Virus record (IMG/VR): IMGVR_UViG_3300042879_005846
Length of the DNA: 20,000 bases
Direction: 5' to 3' (one strand)
Source of the DNA: an uncultured virus (IMG/VR IMGVR_UViG_3300042879_005846)
Lineage: Duplodnaviria > Heunggongvirae > Uroviricota > Caudoviricetes
Shown: positions 8,749 through 16,911 of the stretch, one piece after another
Layout of the letters: every line of letters begins with the position of its first letter
How positions within the stretch are numbered: position 1 is the stretch's first letter
Program-made: the position numbers and the translations under genes
Notes under the pieces: generated by a model
The model's database searches: none
Told to the model about the DNA's origin: nothing
Seen by the model: only the letters and a program-made list of their open reading frames with translations

Positions 8749-9480
8749 ATGAGCTTAGATATATCACAACTCAAACACTTCAGATGTTATTCCAGAAATG
8801 ATAATTTTCCAGATTTATGGGGCAAATCCATAGAAATAATTTTCGATCAATTTATGGAATTAGTAAAAATCAATGGTTTCAATTTTGAAATAAGTGATCC
8901 CAAATCTTTAGAATCCAGTAGGTTAGATGAATTTGCAAATTCATTTAATGAAAAGGGTTCTGATAAAACTGGACATGGATATCACTATGTATATAGTTGG
9001 ATTTTTGACCAAATAAATATAAATAACTTCATGGAGATTGGTTTGGGCACAAATAATCCCACATTGGTATCTTCGATGGGAGCAGATGGTAAACCAGGAG
9101 CTTCATTAAGATCTTTTAAACAATTAATTCCATCTTGTCAAATTTATGGAGCTGATATTGATAGAGATATACTTTTTGAAGAGAGTCAAATAAAAACTTT
9201 TTTTGTTGACCAATTGGATTACAACACTTTCAATAATTTACCAAATATCAAATATGATTTGATTATTGATGATGGTTTACATCAAATTGGAGCAAATTTT
9301 AACACCCTTCTCTGGTCAATGAAACACCTCAATAAAGATGGATTTATTGCAATTGAAGATATTATTTTTGTAGAACCTTGGATTACAATATCATATATTA
9401 TACAGCAGAACACCGATTTTATTTGTAAAATCTATAAGTGCAATATGTGCTATTTATTTTTAGTAAAAAAAGTAAACTAA
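8749..9480 (+). CDS. class I SAM-dependent methyltransferase (sugar O-methyltransferase-like)
   Basis: SDK..HGY...Y, MEIGLG, IYGADID, VDQ, DLIIDDGLH, GFIAIED motifs. Confidence 0.85.
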   Translation: MSLDISQLKHFRCYSRNDNFPDLWGKSIEIIFDQFMELVKINGFNFEISDPKSLESSRLDEFANSFNEKGSDKTGHGYHYVYSWIFDQININNFMEIGLGTNNPTLVSSMGADGKPGASLRSFKQLIPSCQIYGADIDRDILFEESQIKTFFVDQLDYNTFNNLPNIKYDLIIDDGLHQIGANFNTLLWSMKHLNKDGFIAIEDIIFVEPWITISYIIQQNTDFICKIYKCNMCYLFLVKKVN

Positions 9481-9553
9481 TCTATTTTTATCATAGTTTC
9501 AAATAAATTTTGATTCTTTTTAGACATCAATACACTTTATAAACATTTGTTTC

Positions 9554-9617
9554 ATATTCTAAAACTATAAAAGGTTAAGTAAGTATAATATTATTATGAA
9601 TATTGAATTGCAATACT
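9554..9617 (+). repeat. direct repeat copy B (functional thyA upstream region and start)
   Basis: 56/64 identical to 8655-8718; offset 899 bp. Confidence 0.9.
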
Positions 9618-10678
9618 TAGAACTTCTTAAAGATATATTAGAAAATGGTTGTTCGAAAGGTGATAGGACTGGAACAGGAACTATCTCAGTCTTTGGAAGA
9701 CAAATCAGACACAAAATGTCAGAAGGATTTCCACTTCTCACAACTAAAAAAATGTATTTCAAAGGGGTTATTACAGAACTTCTTTGGTTTTTGAGAGGTG
9801 ATACAAATATCAAATATCTTTTGGACAATGATTGTCATATTTGGGATGGTGATGCTTTCAAAAACTTTATGACTAAAAGTGAAGGAGATCCTGATTTGAT
9901 TTGGAATAAAGAACAATTTATTTTGAAAGTCAAAAATGAAAAGGATTTTGGTAAAAAATGGGGCGAATTGGGCTCCGTGTATGGCGCACAGTGGAGAAGT
10001 TGGAAACATATGGGACCTAAATCTCAACAAGAGATGTTAGATGAGAATACCAATTGGCCTTGGAAAACAACAGAAATAGACCAAATTTCAAACCTAATTA
10101 ACGACCTTAAAACAAATCCTGATAGTAGACGATTAATGGTTTCTGCTTGGAATGTAGGTGAATTAGATCAAATGGTACTCCCACCTTGTCATTATGGATT
10201 TCAAGTTTATACAAGAGAGTTGAGTGCTCAAGAAAGATTAGAATGGGTTAAGGTGAATTTTCCAAACCTTGATGTGAACGGTTTTGTTAATAACGATGAG
10301 TATAGTCATAAGTGGGTAGAAACATTAAGTGGCAATATACCAACCAGAGCAATCTCTTTAATGTGGTCACAAAGATCGATCGATAGTTTGCTCGGCTTGC
10401 CGTTTAATATAGCTTCTTACGCAACCCTACTTGAAATCTTAGCAAAAGAAGTTAATATGGTACCAGATGAACTTATTGGGAATCTTGGAGATTGTCACAT
10501 TTATAGTAACCACATTGAACAAGTAAAAGAACAGATTTCAAGAACACCACATAAATTACCAACCCTAAAATTCGAAGTTACAAATCTACTTGAAAATTTA
10601 ATGGATTGGAAACCATCAGATTTTTCAATATTAAATTATGAATCTCACCCAGCTATAAAAGCCCCACTTAGTAACTAA
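9596..10678 (+). CDS. thyA: thymidylate synthase
   Basis: DRTGTGT, FPLLTTKK, ELLWF, YG.QWR, DSRR, LPPCH (catalytic Cys), QRS.D..LGLPFNIASY, GDCHIY.NH; contains in-frame insertions. Confidence 0.97.
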   Translation: MNIELQYLELLKDILENGCSKGDRTGTGTISVFGRQIRHKMSEGFPLLTTKKMYFKGVITELLWFLRGDTNIKYLLDNDCHIWDGDAFKNFMTKSEGDPDLIWNKEQFILKVKNEKDFGKKWGELGSVYGAQWRSWKHMGPKSQQEMLDENTNWPWKTTEIDQISNLINDLKTNPDSRRLMVSAWNVGELDQMVLPPCHYGFQVYTRELSAQERLEWVKVNFPNLDVNGFVNNDEYSHKWVETLSGNIPTRAISLMWSQRSIDSLLGLPFNIASYATLLEILAKEVNMVPDELIGNLGDCHIYSNHIEQVKEQISRTPHKLPTLKFEVTNLLENLMDWKPSDFSILNYESHPAIKAPLSN

Positions 10679-10681
10679 AAC

Positions 10682-10710
10682 AAAAAACCCACTTTAAAGT
10701 GGGTTTTTTT
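10682..10710. terminator. bidirectional intrinsic terminator
   Basis: Perfect palindrome AAAAAACCCACTTT/AAAGTGGGTTTTTT between convergent genes. Confidence 0.9.
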
Positions 10711-10711
10711 A

Positions 10712-11020
10712 TTATCCTTTCATTTCTGATATTTTATCATCAACCATTGAATGAATTTCATCTTTTTTCTTATCTCTACAACTATATTCTAGCATATCAT
10801 ATATGTTATCAGATTCACCTTGAGTTATTTCATCTTCCTCTACTTTAGATGCTAAATAATCACTCAAAATATCAGCAGTATTTCCAAAAAATTTACCAAC
10901 TTTTCTAAATATTTTATCAGCAGTTTTGGAACCAATTCCACCACCTTCACCTTTAGCGCTATAACCATGGAATAATTCTTCGTTTTTGGAAAATTCTTTG
11001 AATGTTACTATCTTATTCAT
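10712..11020 (-). CDS. hypothetical protein
   Basis: 102 aa; starts MNKIVTFKEF; AATATATA upstream. Confidence 0.75.
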   Translation of the reverse strand: MNKIVTFKEFSKNEELFHGYSAKGEGGGIGSKTADKIFRKVGKFFGNTADILSDYLASKVEEDEITQGESDNIYDMLEYSCRDKKKDEIHSMVDDKISEMKG

Positions 11021-11072
11021 ATCAATTAATAATTTTATATAATACTATATATTTAATAACAAAACTCTTTTT

Positions 11073-11519
11073 TTAAATTTTCCAATATTCTAACTTATAA
11101 GCAAAAGTTTTCAAAATTTTGGGTAAATGTTTCATTCTAACATCTTGCCAAATGAATATTTCATTACCACCAGTTAAACCATCCATCCTTATAAAGAACT
11201 CAATAAACCCATCTTCCCATTGTTCCCAGGGATTCATTTTCCAAGTTGGGTAGTGGTTTATTTTCATACCACATTTAATGGCAGTTGGCGCATTATGAAT
11301 AACTTCTTCAAACTTTAATTTTGATTCTCTTCTAGCCATACCACTGAGTTCTTCAACTCTTTCATACTCACAGAGTTTATGACCCAATCTCATAAAATCT
11401 TCATTGAACTTTTCATCAATTACTTCAACTTGGATTGGGTGATGAACATTCATTGCTTGGTGGGCAACTGAATAATCAATGAACTTTTTATAATCATCTT
11501 CTAAAATAACCGTTTGCAT
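11073..11519 (-). CDS. hypothetical protein
   Basis: 148 aa; AATATATA 4 nt before the ATG. Confidence 0.8.
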   Translation of the reverse strand: MQTVILEDDYKKFIDYSVAHQAMNVHHPIQVEVIDEKFNEDFMRLGHKLCEYERVEELSGMARRESKLKFEEVIHNAPTAIKCGMKINHYPTWKMNPWEQWEDGFIEFFIRMDGLTGGNEIFIWQDVRMKHLPKILKTFAYKLEYWKI

Positions 11520-11556
11520 ACTTTATATATTAGTTATGGTTTATTTAAATCATTAT

Positions 11557-13314
11557 TTATCCTATTTTTTGTATAATAAATTGAGTGTTCAAGTCACCTC
11601 TAATATACTCACCATTCAATGCATTAGTAGAACTAGTAGTTCTGATTTTAACATCGATAGTTGTACTTGCAACATAGATAAAATCTAAATCTCCGCTACT
11701 TACATTATTACTACCGCTTGTTGGTTGAATCTGTTCAACTGTAGGACCCAACTGATTATTAGAACTATCAAAACATGAATATTGTATCAAATATGTAGCA
11801 CCAGCTGACCAAGCTAATCTTGCTGTTATTCTGTAGGTACCTGATGTTAATGTAGCTCTACCAGTTGAGGTGTTATATGTTATATTATTTGCAACTACCG
11901 AATTATTAAAAATTATATCTTGGCTAGCCCAGTTACCAGAAGGTATTGTTTGATTGGTATTTCTTGTAACATAAAGCCAAGCATTTGGCGATATATTTGT
12001 TGCAACACCAGCACCTTGCGTAGTTATATCAATATAAGCACCTCTAGCCGAACCCCCACTTTCAAAGAAACGTAACCTATTTTGGTAAATGTCAATAGTA
12101 ACACCAGTATTAATAGATGTATTAGTCACTGCCTTATTGAAGAACATTTCACCACCTTCGTCCCCACTTTGATAGTTTAATTTTAAAGTTGCTCCGTCAT
12201 AAATGAGAGTAGATTCAACAGAAACATTAGGAGAAGAACCATTAAGAGTTAGAATACCGTTATCAGTACTTCCGGTTAATGATAGAGCACCAGTAGATCC
12301 TTGTACTCCTTGGAAACCTTGTGGACCAGTTGGTCCTTGTACACCTTGAAATCCTTGATTGCCTTGTGGACCAGTCCCACCCTGCACTCCAGTAGCTCCA
12401 GTAGGCCCAAGTTGGGTATACATTACTTGTTGAACAGTCAAAATTATCGAAGGTATGGCGGGTCTTGTTGGATTTGATTGTGTACCTCTTGTTAATATTC
12501 TAACATCAGTATCGTTGGAGTGCCAGTATAATTGAAAATAGTCACCAGAATTAAAACTCAAAACAAAGTTCCAAGCAGCAACTAATTCAGTATTATTACC
12601 CACAATTTCCAAAGTAGTCGATGAGTCTGGCACATTTATTCCATTTTTAGACAACCATATTTCAACTTGGTCTGCACCACTATCAGTTTTATCAATTTGA
12701 GCTGAAAATTGTATATTGTAAACACCTGAGTTTTGTATTAAAATCCTTGAACTCTGAGTGACTGAAATCCCATTAGCCTCTGATGTTGTGTTTATTGTAA
12801 ACGCGTTAGCAAAAGTTGCACCAGCATTTGTCTGAGTTGTTGTGTCATATCCACTGAAATAATACCCTAATGACCCACCAGTGCCAGTTGGACCAACTAA
12901 ACCTTGAACTCCTTGAGGACCAGTGTTTCCTTGATTACCAGTACCACCACCCAAAGAACCTTGAATACCTTGAAATCCTTGCGCGCCAGTATTTCCCTGT
13001 GGACCAGTAGCTCCTTGAACTCCTGTAGGTCCTGTCGAACCTTGATTACCCTGAAGTCCTTGTGGACCAGTAACACCTTGTGGACCTGTAAATCCTTGAG
13101 GACCAGTAACACCTTGTGGACCTGTAAATCCTTGAGGACCAGTAACACCTTGTGGACCTGTAAATCCTTGAGGACCAGTGAAACCTTGATTTCCCTGTGG
13201 ACCTTGGAATGTCAGTAAATTTCCATTACCATCATAAAATTTATTATTAACAACTTGTACCAATCTTGGAATAGTGTTTGGTACAATCTGAAATATCTTG
13301 TTGGGTAAGGACAA
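11557..13314 (-). CDS. collagen-like fibre protein with two globular beta (C1q/BclA-C-like) domains
   Basis: Two Gly-X-Y blocks (GPQ/GFT/GVT/GNQ); T/S/N-rich beta domains with [11 protein letters not shown] and [13 protein letters not shown] start. Confidence 0.85.
   Translation of the reverse strand: MSLPNKIFQIVPNTIPRLVQVVNNKFYDGNGNLLTFQGPQGNQGFTGPQGFTGPQGVTGPQGFTGPQGVTGPQGFTGPQGVTGPQGLQGNQGSTGPTGVQGATGPQGNTGAQGFQGIQGSLGGGTGNQGNTGPQGVQGLVGPTGTGGSLGYYFSGYDTTTQTNAGATFANAFTINTTSEANGISVTQSSRILIQNSGVYNIQFSAQIDKTDSGADQVEIWLSKNGINVPDSSTTLEIVGNNTELVAAWNFVLSFNSGDYFQLYWHSNDTDVRILTRGTQSNPTRPAIPSIILTVQQVMYTQLGPTGATGVQGGTGPQGNQGFQGVQGPTGPQGFQGVQGSTGALSLTGSTDNGILTLNGSSPNVSVESTLIYDGATLKLNYQSGDEGGEMFFNKAVTNTSINTGVTIDIYQNRLRFFESGGSARGAYIDITTQGAGVATNISPNAWLYVTRNTNQTIPSGNWASQDIIFNNSVVANNITYNTSTGRATLTSGTYRITARLAWSAGATYLIQYSCFDSSNNQLGPTVEQIQPTSGSNNVSSGDLDFIYVASTTIDVKIRTTSSTNALNGEYIRGDLNTQFIIQKIG
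13058..13183. repeat. tandem repeat, 3.5 x 36 bp (alternating 18-bp units), encoding [12 protein letters not shown]
   Basis: CCTTG(T/A)GGACCAGTAACACCTTGTGGACCTGTAAAT repeated near-perfectly. Confidence 0.9.
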
Positions 13315-13378
13315 TTTATTAAATAGTTTTTTTTATATATTAAATTCAGTCAATTAGAAGAAAAATGATATAATAAGG

Positions 13379-13771
13379 ATGAAAGAATTATCATTTAAAA
13401 ATTCCTCAATTGAAATAGATCCATTGAAAAGTCATAAACCTTTATCAAAAGGAATGACTACTCTGGAAGGACAAATCCATAATAGTGCTGACCAACTATT
13501 AGAACAAATGGAAATTCTAGCAAAAAGAGCTAGAGATATACAAGAGAGAAAAAGGATTTCTAAAATAATATATGACTCTAAAATTGGATTTGACCCTTTA
13601 GTTAAAGGCATTTATCATCTTTATATTCTTAATAATTATCAATTTATATCATTAATTGGACCTAATGAATGGGGTAAGAAAAAAATGGATTATGTAGCAA
13701 CCATTCAGTTGGATTATGACCACACTTGGGAGATTTTAGAACTAAACAAAAAAGATTTCTTTAATATATAA
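13379..13771 (+). CDS. DUF2452-like protein
   Basis: Coiled coil followed by IY...FDP....YHLY...FISLIGPNEW...LDYDHTW pattern. Confidence 0.7.
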   Translation: MKELSFKNSSIEIDPLKSHKPLSKGMTTLEGQIHNSADQLLEQMEILAKRARDIQERKRISKIIYDSKIGFDPLVKGIYHLYILNNYQFISLIGPNEWGKKKMDYVATIQLDYDHTWEILELNKKDFFNI

Positions 13772-14049
13772 TAACCCTCCAAAGTTGCAGATTTAAGGAG
13801 TCAAAAAAATAAAAATGCGAGTTATAGGAGTTGGACATACTTATAACAGTTGCTGTTGCCTGTCAGCAAGATACCAAGTAACTATGGTTATATAATTTGG
13901 CAGTCCTGAAATAGCTCCTCAATGGATGGTTACTTAGTCACTAGCTCTTGGGTGATAAATTGAGGATACTTTTTTTTGGGATTATTATATATGGCCCAAT
14001 ATTAGTCAGTCCTGTTGTCCCAGAACAGTGAAGAGCGACTGACTTTTTT
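13772..14049 (+). ncRNA. candidate structured non-coding RNA (family not recognised)
   Basis: Longest stretch in the window without a substantial ORF; visibly GC-richer than its flanks; at least five local stems and two long-range complementarities; begins after AATATATA and ends in a stem plus T6. Confidence 0.6.
14004..14049 (+). terminator. terminator-like bulged hairpin
   Basis: AGTCAGTC/GACTGACT stem with inner CTGTT/AACAG, followed by a T run. Confidence 0.6.
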
Positions 14050-14069
14050 ATAAAAATAAATTTCATATT

Positions 14070-14264
14070 ATGAAAAAATTTCTCCTAATATATTTTTTAA
14101 CTTTTTTATTGATATATTCTGTAAGATTCTTTTTAGATAATCATTTTCTTGGTCTACCATTAAGTGATTTTTTTCTGGTTGATATTTATGATTTTTTTGT
14201 ATTAATTTTTGTAACTTACACAATTACTTATTTAATTTATCATAAAATTTATAATAAAAATTAA
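14070..14264 (+). CDS. small two-TM membrane protein
   Basis: 64 aa, very hydrophobic. Confidence 0.6.
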   Translation: MKKFLLIYFLTFLLIYSVRFFLDNHFLGLPLSDFFLVDIYDFFVLIFVTYTITYLIYHKIYNKN

Positions 14265-14299
14265 ATAACTTTTACTATATTTGATGATATTATACCACA

Positions 14300-14944
14300 A
14301 TGTTTAGCATAGTAATTCCCACTATTTGGTCACCACAAATCCAATCAATAGATAAACTAATTGAAAATTTATCTTTGAGTAGTCAAGTTTTAGAAATTAT
14401 CTTGATAAACAATAATCCTAATAAATATTCAAATAGATATATTGATAACCAAAAAGTTAAAGAACTTTGTTTCAATAACATTTATGTAAATGAGTCATGG
14501 AATGTTGGTGTTTTAGAAAGTAAATCAAATTCTATTTGTTTAATGAATGATGATATAGATTTCAATACAAGTATATTTAATTATATCATTGAAGTATTTG
14601 AAAACTCAGATGTTAAATTAATTGGTGTATCTAAATCTTGTTACTCATTAGAAAAAGATGAAGAATATAAATTACAAAAAGTTTCTATTAGGAATAGGGG
14701 TTGGGGGTGTTTGATTTTTACAAAAAAAGAATATTATAAACCAATACCAAGTGATTTGAGAATACATTTTGGTGATGATTATTTGATAAAACAGTTAGAA
14801 GGATATGTTTGGAAAGTAGAAGGATTGAGAATTAGTTCAGAAATCTCTACATCAGTAAATTCAAATCAAGAATTTCTAAATATTATACAACAAGATAATA
14901 TGAATTCTATAAAATACAACCTACCCTGGTCAAATGATTATTAA
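14300..14944 (+). CDS. GT-A fold glycosyltransferase (GT2-like)
   Basis: FSIVIPT, IILINN, YVNESWNVG, LMNDD, FGDD motifs. Confidence 0.85.
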   Translation: MFSIVIPTIWSPQIQSIDKLIENLSLSSQVLEIILINNNPNKYSNRYIDNQKVKELCFNNIYVNESWNVGVLESKSNSICLMNDDIDFNTSIFNYIIEVFENSDVKLIGVSKSCYSLEKDEEYKLQKVSIRNRGWGCLIFTKKEYYKPIPSDLRIHFGDDYLIKQLEGYVWKVEGLRISSEISTSVNSNQEFLNIIQQDNMNSIKYNLPWSNDY

Positions 14945-14946
14945 TT

Positions 14947-15165
14947 ATGTCAGATTATGTAAACTATCCAAATCCAAATAAACTTTATAGACACTATAAA
15001 GGTGGTCTTTATAGAGTTCTTTTTCTGTCTAAGCACACTGAAAGTGGTGAGATATTAGTGAATTATCAATCTGTGATTTTTGGATCTTATTATTCAAGAC
15101 CATTAGAATCATGGAATGGAAAAACAGATCAAGGTTTATACAGATTTCAAGAAATTATAGACTAA
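14947..15165 (+). CDS. DUF1653-like protein
   Basis: YRHYKGGLYRV...HTESGE.LVNYQ...SRPL...RF. Confidence 0.85.
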   Translation: MSDYVNYPNPNKLYRHYKGGLYRVLFLSKHTESGEILVNYQSVIFGSYYSRPLESWNGKTDQGLYRFQEIID

Positions 15166-15587
15166 TGAAAGATATTTTAGAACTAATAAAATTAGAAGGA
15201 GACCATAAGAAATGGTTATACACTTGTATAAATGGATTACAATTTGATTGTTCTATTTTCAGAAACCCAAGGGGTGGACATCTTTGTGGTTATGTTGCAT
15301 TGACTACAGACAATGATTTCTTTGGAAAAAATTATGATGATATTCCAGTAAGATGTCATGGTGGGTTAACTTACGCTTCTGAAAATGGTGATAATTGGGT
15401 AATTGGGTTTGATTGTGCTCATTATGAAGATTTACAACCATTCTATACTGACCAAGAGATATATAATGATAATAGAGTTTATAAAGATATGAATTTTGTA
15501 ACTGAGGAATGTGAATCTATCTGTGAACAAATTTCAGAAAAAAGTAAAGCCCACAAAAGAACAAAAAAAATAAATGAATTAATATGA
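15165..15587 (+). CDS. conserved phage-type hypothetical protein (HGGLTY/GFDCAH motifs)
   Basis: HLCGYV, CHGGLTY, IGFDCAH; start at 15165 (TAATG coupling) preferred to 15111. Confidence 0.8.
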   Translation: MKDILELIKLEGDHKKWLYTCINGLQFDCSIFRNPRGGHLCGYVALTTDNDFFGKNYDDIPVRCHGGLTYASENGDNWVIGFDCAHYEDLQPFYTDQEIYNDNRVYKDMNFVTEECESICEQISEKSKAHKRTKKINELI

Positions 15588-15775
15588 AATATTTTCTACA
15601 AACAGTTATGTTCCTAACAATTATAATATCAATCTTGTTTATAACAATAGGACTAAAATACTCTGAGTCAGCAGTACAAGAAGCATCAGCAGCAGGGTTT
15701 GCTTGTTTCTTTGGTATCTTGACCAGAATTTTACAAGCAGAAATCCACCAAATCAAAGAAACCCCTCAAGAGTAG
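15584..15775 (+). CDS. small two-TM membrane protein
   Basis: ATGA overlap with the upstream stop; two hydrophobic segments. Confidence 0.7.
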   Translation: MKYFLQTVMFLTIIISILFITIGLKYSESAVQEASAAGFACFFGILTRILQAEIHQIKETPQE

Positions 15776-15801
15776 GATAATAATCATGATGTTACATGAT
15801 G

Positions 15802-16473
15802 CTACTTCTCAGAAGCATACTTAACACCCATAATAGTACCAACTATACTGAAAGCATTGGTCAATAATATACCAATAATATTTGCCCATGTGGAAGAAAT
15901 AACAGCAGTATCTTTGTCAGTGAAAAGGGCCAACAGATAAACACCAGTTGTGACAAAACCAACACCAACTATAACATAAAGAGCAACCTTAACAATGGTA
16001 CCAATTAGTTCATTCTGAGTTTTACGTTGTAGAATATCCAAATCATTCTCAACTTTAGTCTTAGCAAGTTCTGCTTCTTCTCGAGCTGCTTCAGCTTCTT
16101 CTTTGGCAACTTCAGCGTCTTGTCTTGCAATTTCAGCTTCTTGTCTAAGATTTTCAGCTTGTTCTTTAGCAGATTCAACTTCTTGCATAGAAGATTGAAT
16201 CTGTTCTAAAGATTCTTTTAGACTTTGTTGGGAATACTCTAATTCTTTTTGGGATTCTAATAGTTCTTTATTTTGTAATTGGACTTGTTTGGTCATGTCC
16301 AATCTTTTTTTCCTAGATTCCTTGTCTTTTTCAATTGAAACTTTAATGTACTCCTCAAATTCAGGATCATTAGTAGTATCAATTAATTTTAGGATATTAC
16401 CTTCAATAGCAACTTTCTTATCTTCAAAAAGAGATATTAATTGTTTTTTGGATTTTGAATCAAATAAAATCAT
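15802..16473 (-). CDS. coiled-coil protein with two C-terminal TM helices, last gene of the signalling operon
   Basis: A(K/R)(Q/E)(E/D)AE heptads, then two hydrophobic helices; starts 3 nt after the receiver gene stop. Confidence 0.85.
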   Translation of the reverse strand: MILFDSKSKKQLISLFEDKKVAIEGNILKLIDTTNDPEFEEYIKVSIEKDKESRKKRLDMTKQVQLQNKELLESQKELEYSQQSLKESLEQIQSSMQEVESAKEQAENLRQEAEIARQDAEVAKEEAEAAREEAELAKTKVENDLDILQRKTQNELIGTIVKVALYVIVGVGFVTTGVYLLALFTDKDTAVISSTWANIIGILLTNAFSIVGTIMGVKYASEK

Positions 16474-16476
16474 AGA

Positions 16477-16908
16477 CTATTTATAAACTTTGAATGGTGC
16501 TTTTCTTACCTTATAACCATCATAATCCTTTTTAAAATCTTCAAGTCTTGGTTCAATATCATCTGATTTAATAATCCAAAACTGAGCACCAGCTTGCATT
16601 GCCCTAGTTTGTTCTTCTGGTTCATTTGAAGATGAAATAATTCCTATAACAACATTATTACCATAATCAAAGTTAATCTTTCTAATCAGTTCAATCCCAT
16701 CAACAGAAGAACCAATGATATTCAAATCAACAAATACACATTCTGGTCTTCCACTAGAATCTTTCTGCCATTTTTTAAATAATACCTCACACTCATCAGT
16801 GGTATTTAGTGTCTGTAAAGACAACGTGATGTCCAATAAGGAACATGCATCTTCGAAAACCAAATGAAAAAGGCTTTCATCATCAATTAATAACATAGAA
16901 TCAATCAT
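16477..16908 (-). CDS. single-domain response regulator (receiver)
   Basis: LLIDDE acidic pocket, VFVD61 phosphoacceptor, DGIEL, ISSS, AGA, IIK; no output domain. Confidence 0.9.
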   Translation of the reverse strand: MIDSMLLIDDESLFHLVFEDACSLLDITLSLQTLNTTDECEVLFKKWQKDSSGRPECVFVDLNIIGSSVDGIELIRKINFDYGNNVVIGIISSSNEPEEQTRAMQAGAQFWIIKSDDIEPRLEDFKKDYDGYKVRKAPFKVYK

Positions 16909-16911
16909 AAC

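Noticed and set aside
785..10030. Short ORFs 785-994, 2005-2211, 3044-3235, 3410-3616, 4942-5157, 6577-6774, 6890-7102, 7275-7487, 7426-7641, 9565-9828, 9719-10030
   Set aside because: Antisense or out-of-frame overlaps of better-supported genes; no motifs
9596..10678. Intein or intron in the unusually long thyA, or a dCMP hydroxymethylase identity
   Set aside because: Insertions are short and in frame with no splicing motifs; the PFN Asn that specifies dUMP is retained
13058..13183. CRISPR array
   Set aside because: Units are contiguous with no unique spacers and encode in-frame collagen triplets
12897..13218. Repetitive ORFs 12897-13148 (-) and 12904-13218 (+)
   Set aside because: Alternative-frame shadows of the collagen repeat
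13772..14049. tRNA, tmRNA, SRP RNA, hammerhead ribozyme or retron msr-msd
   Set aside because: No T-loop/CCA acceptor, SRP loop or CUGANGA core recognised, and no reverse transcriptase in the window
14276..14283. TATATTTG as a fourth Bacteroidota promoter
   Set aside because: No TTTG -33 element at the expected spacing
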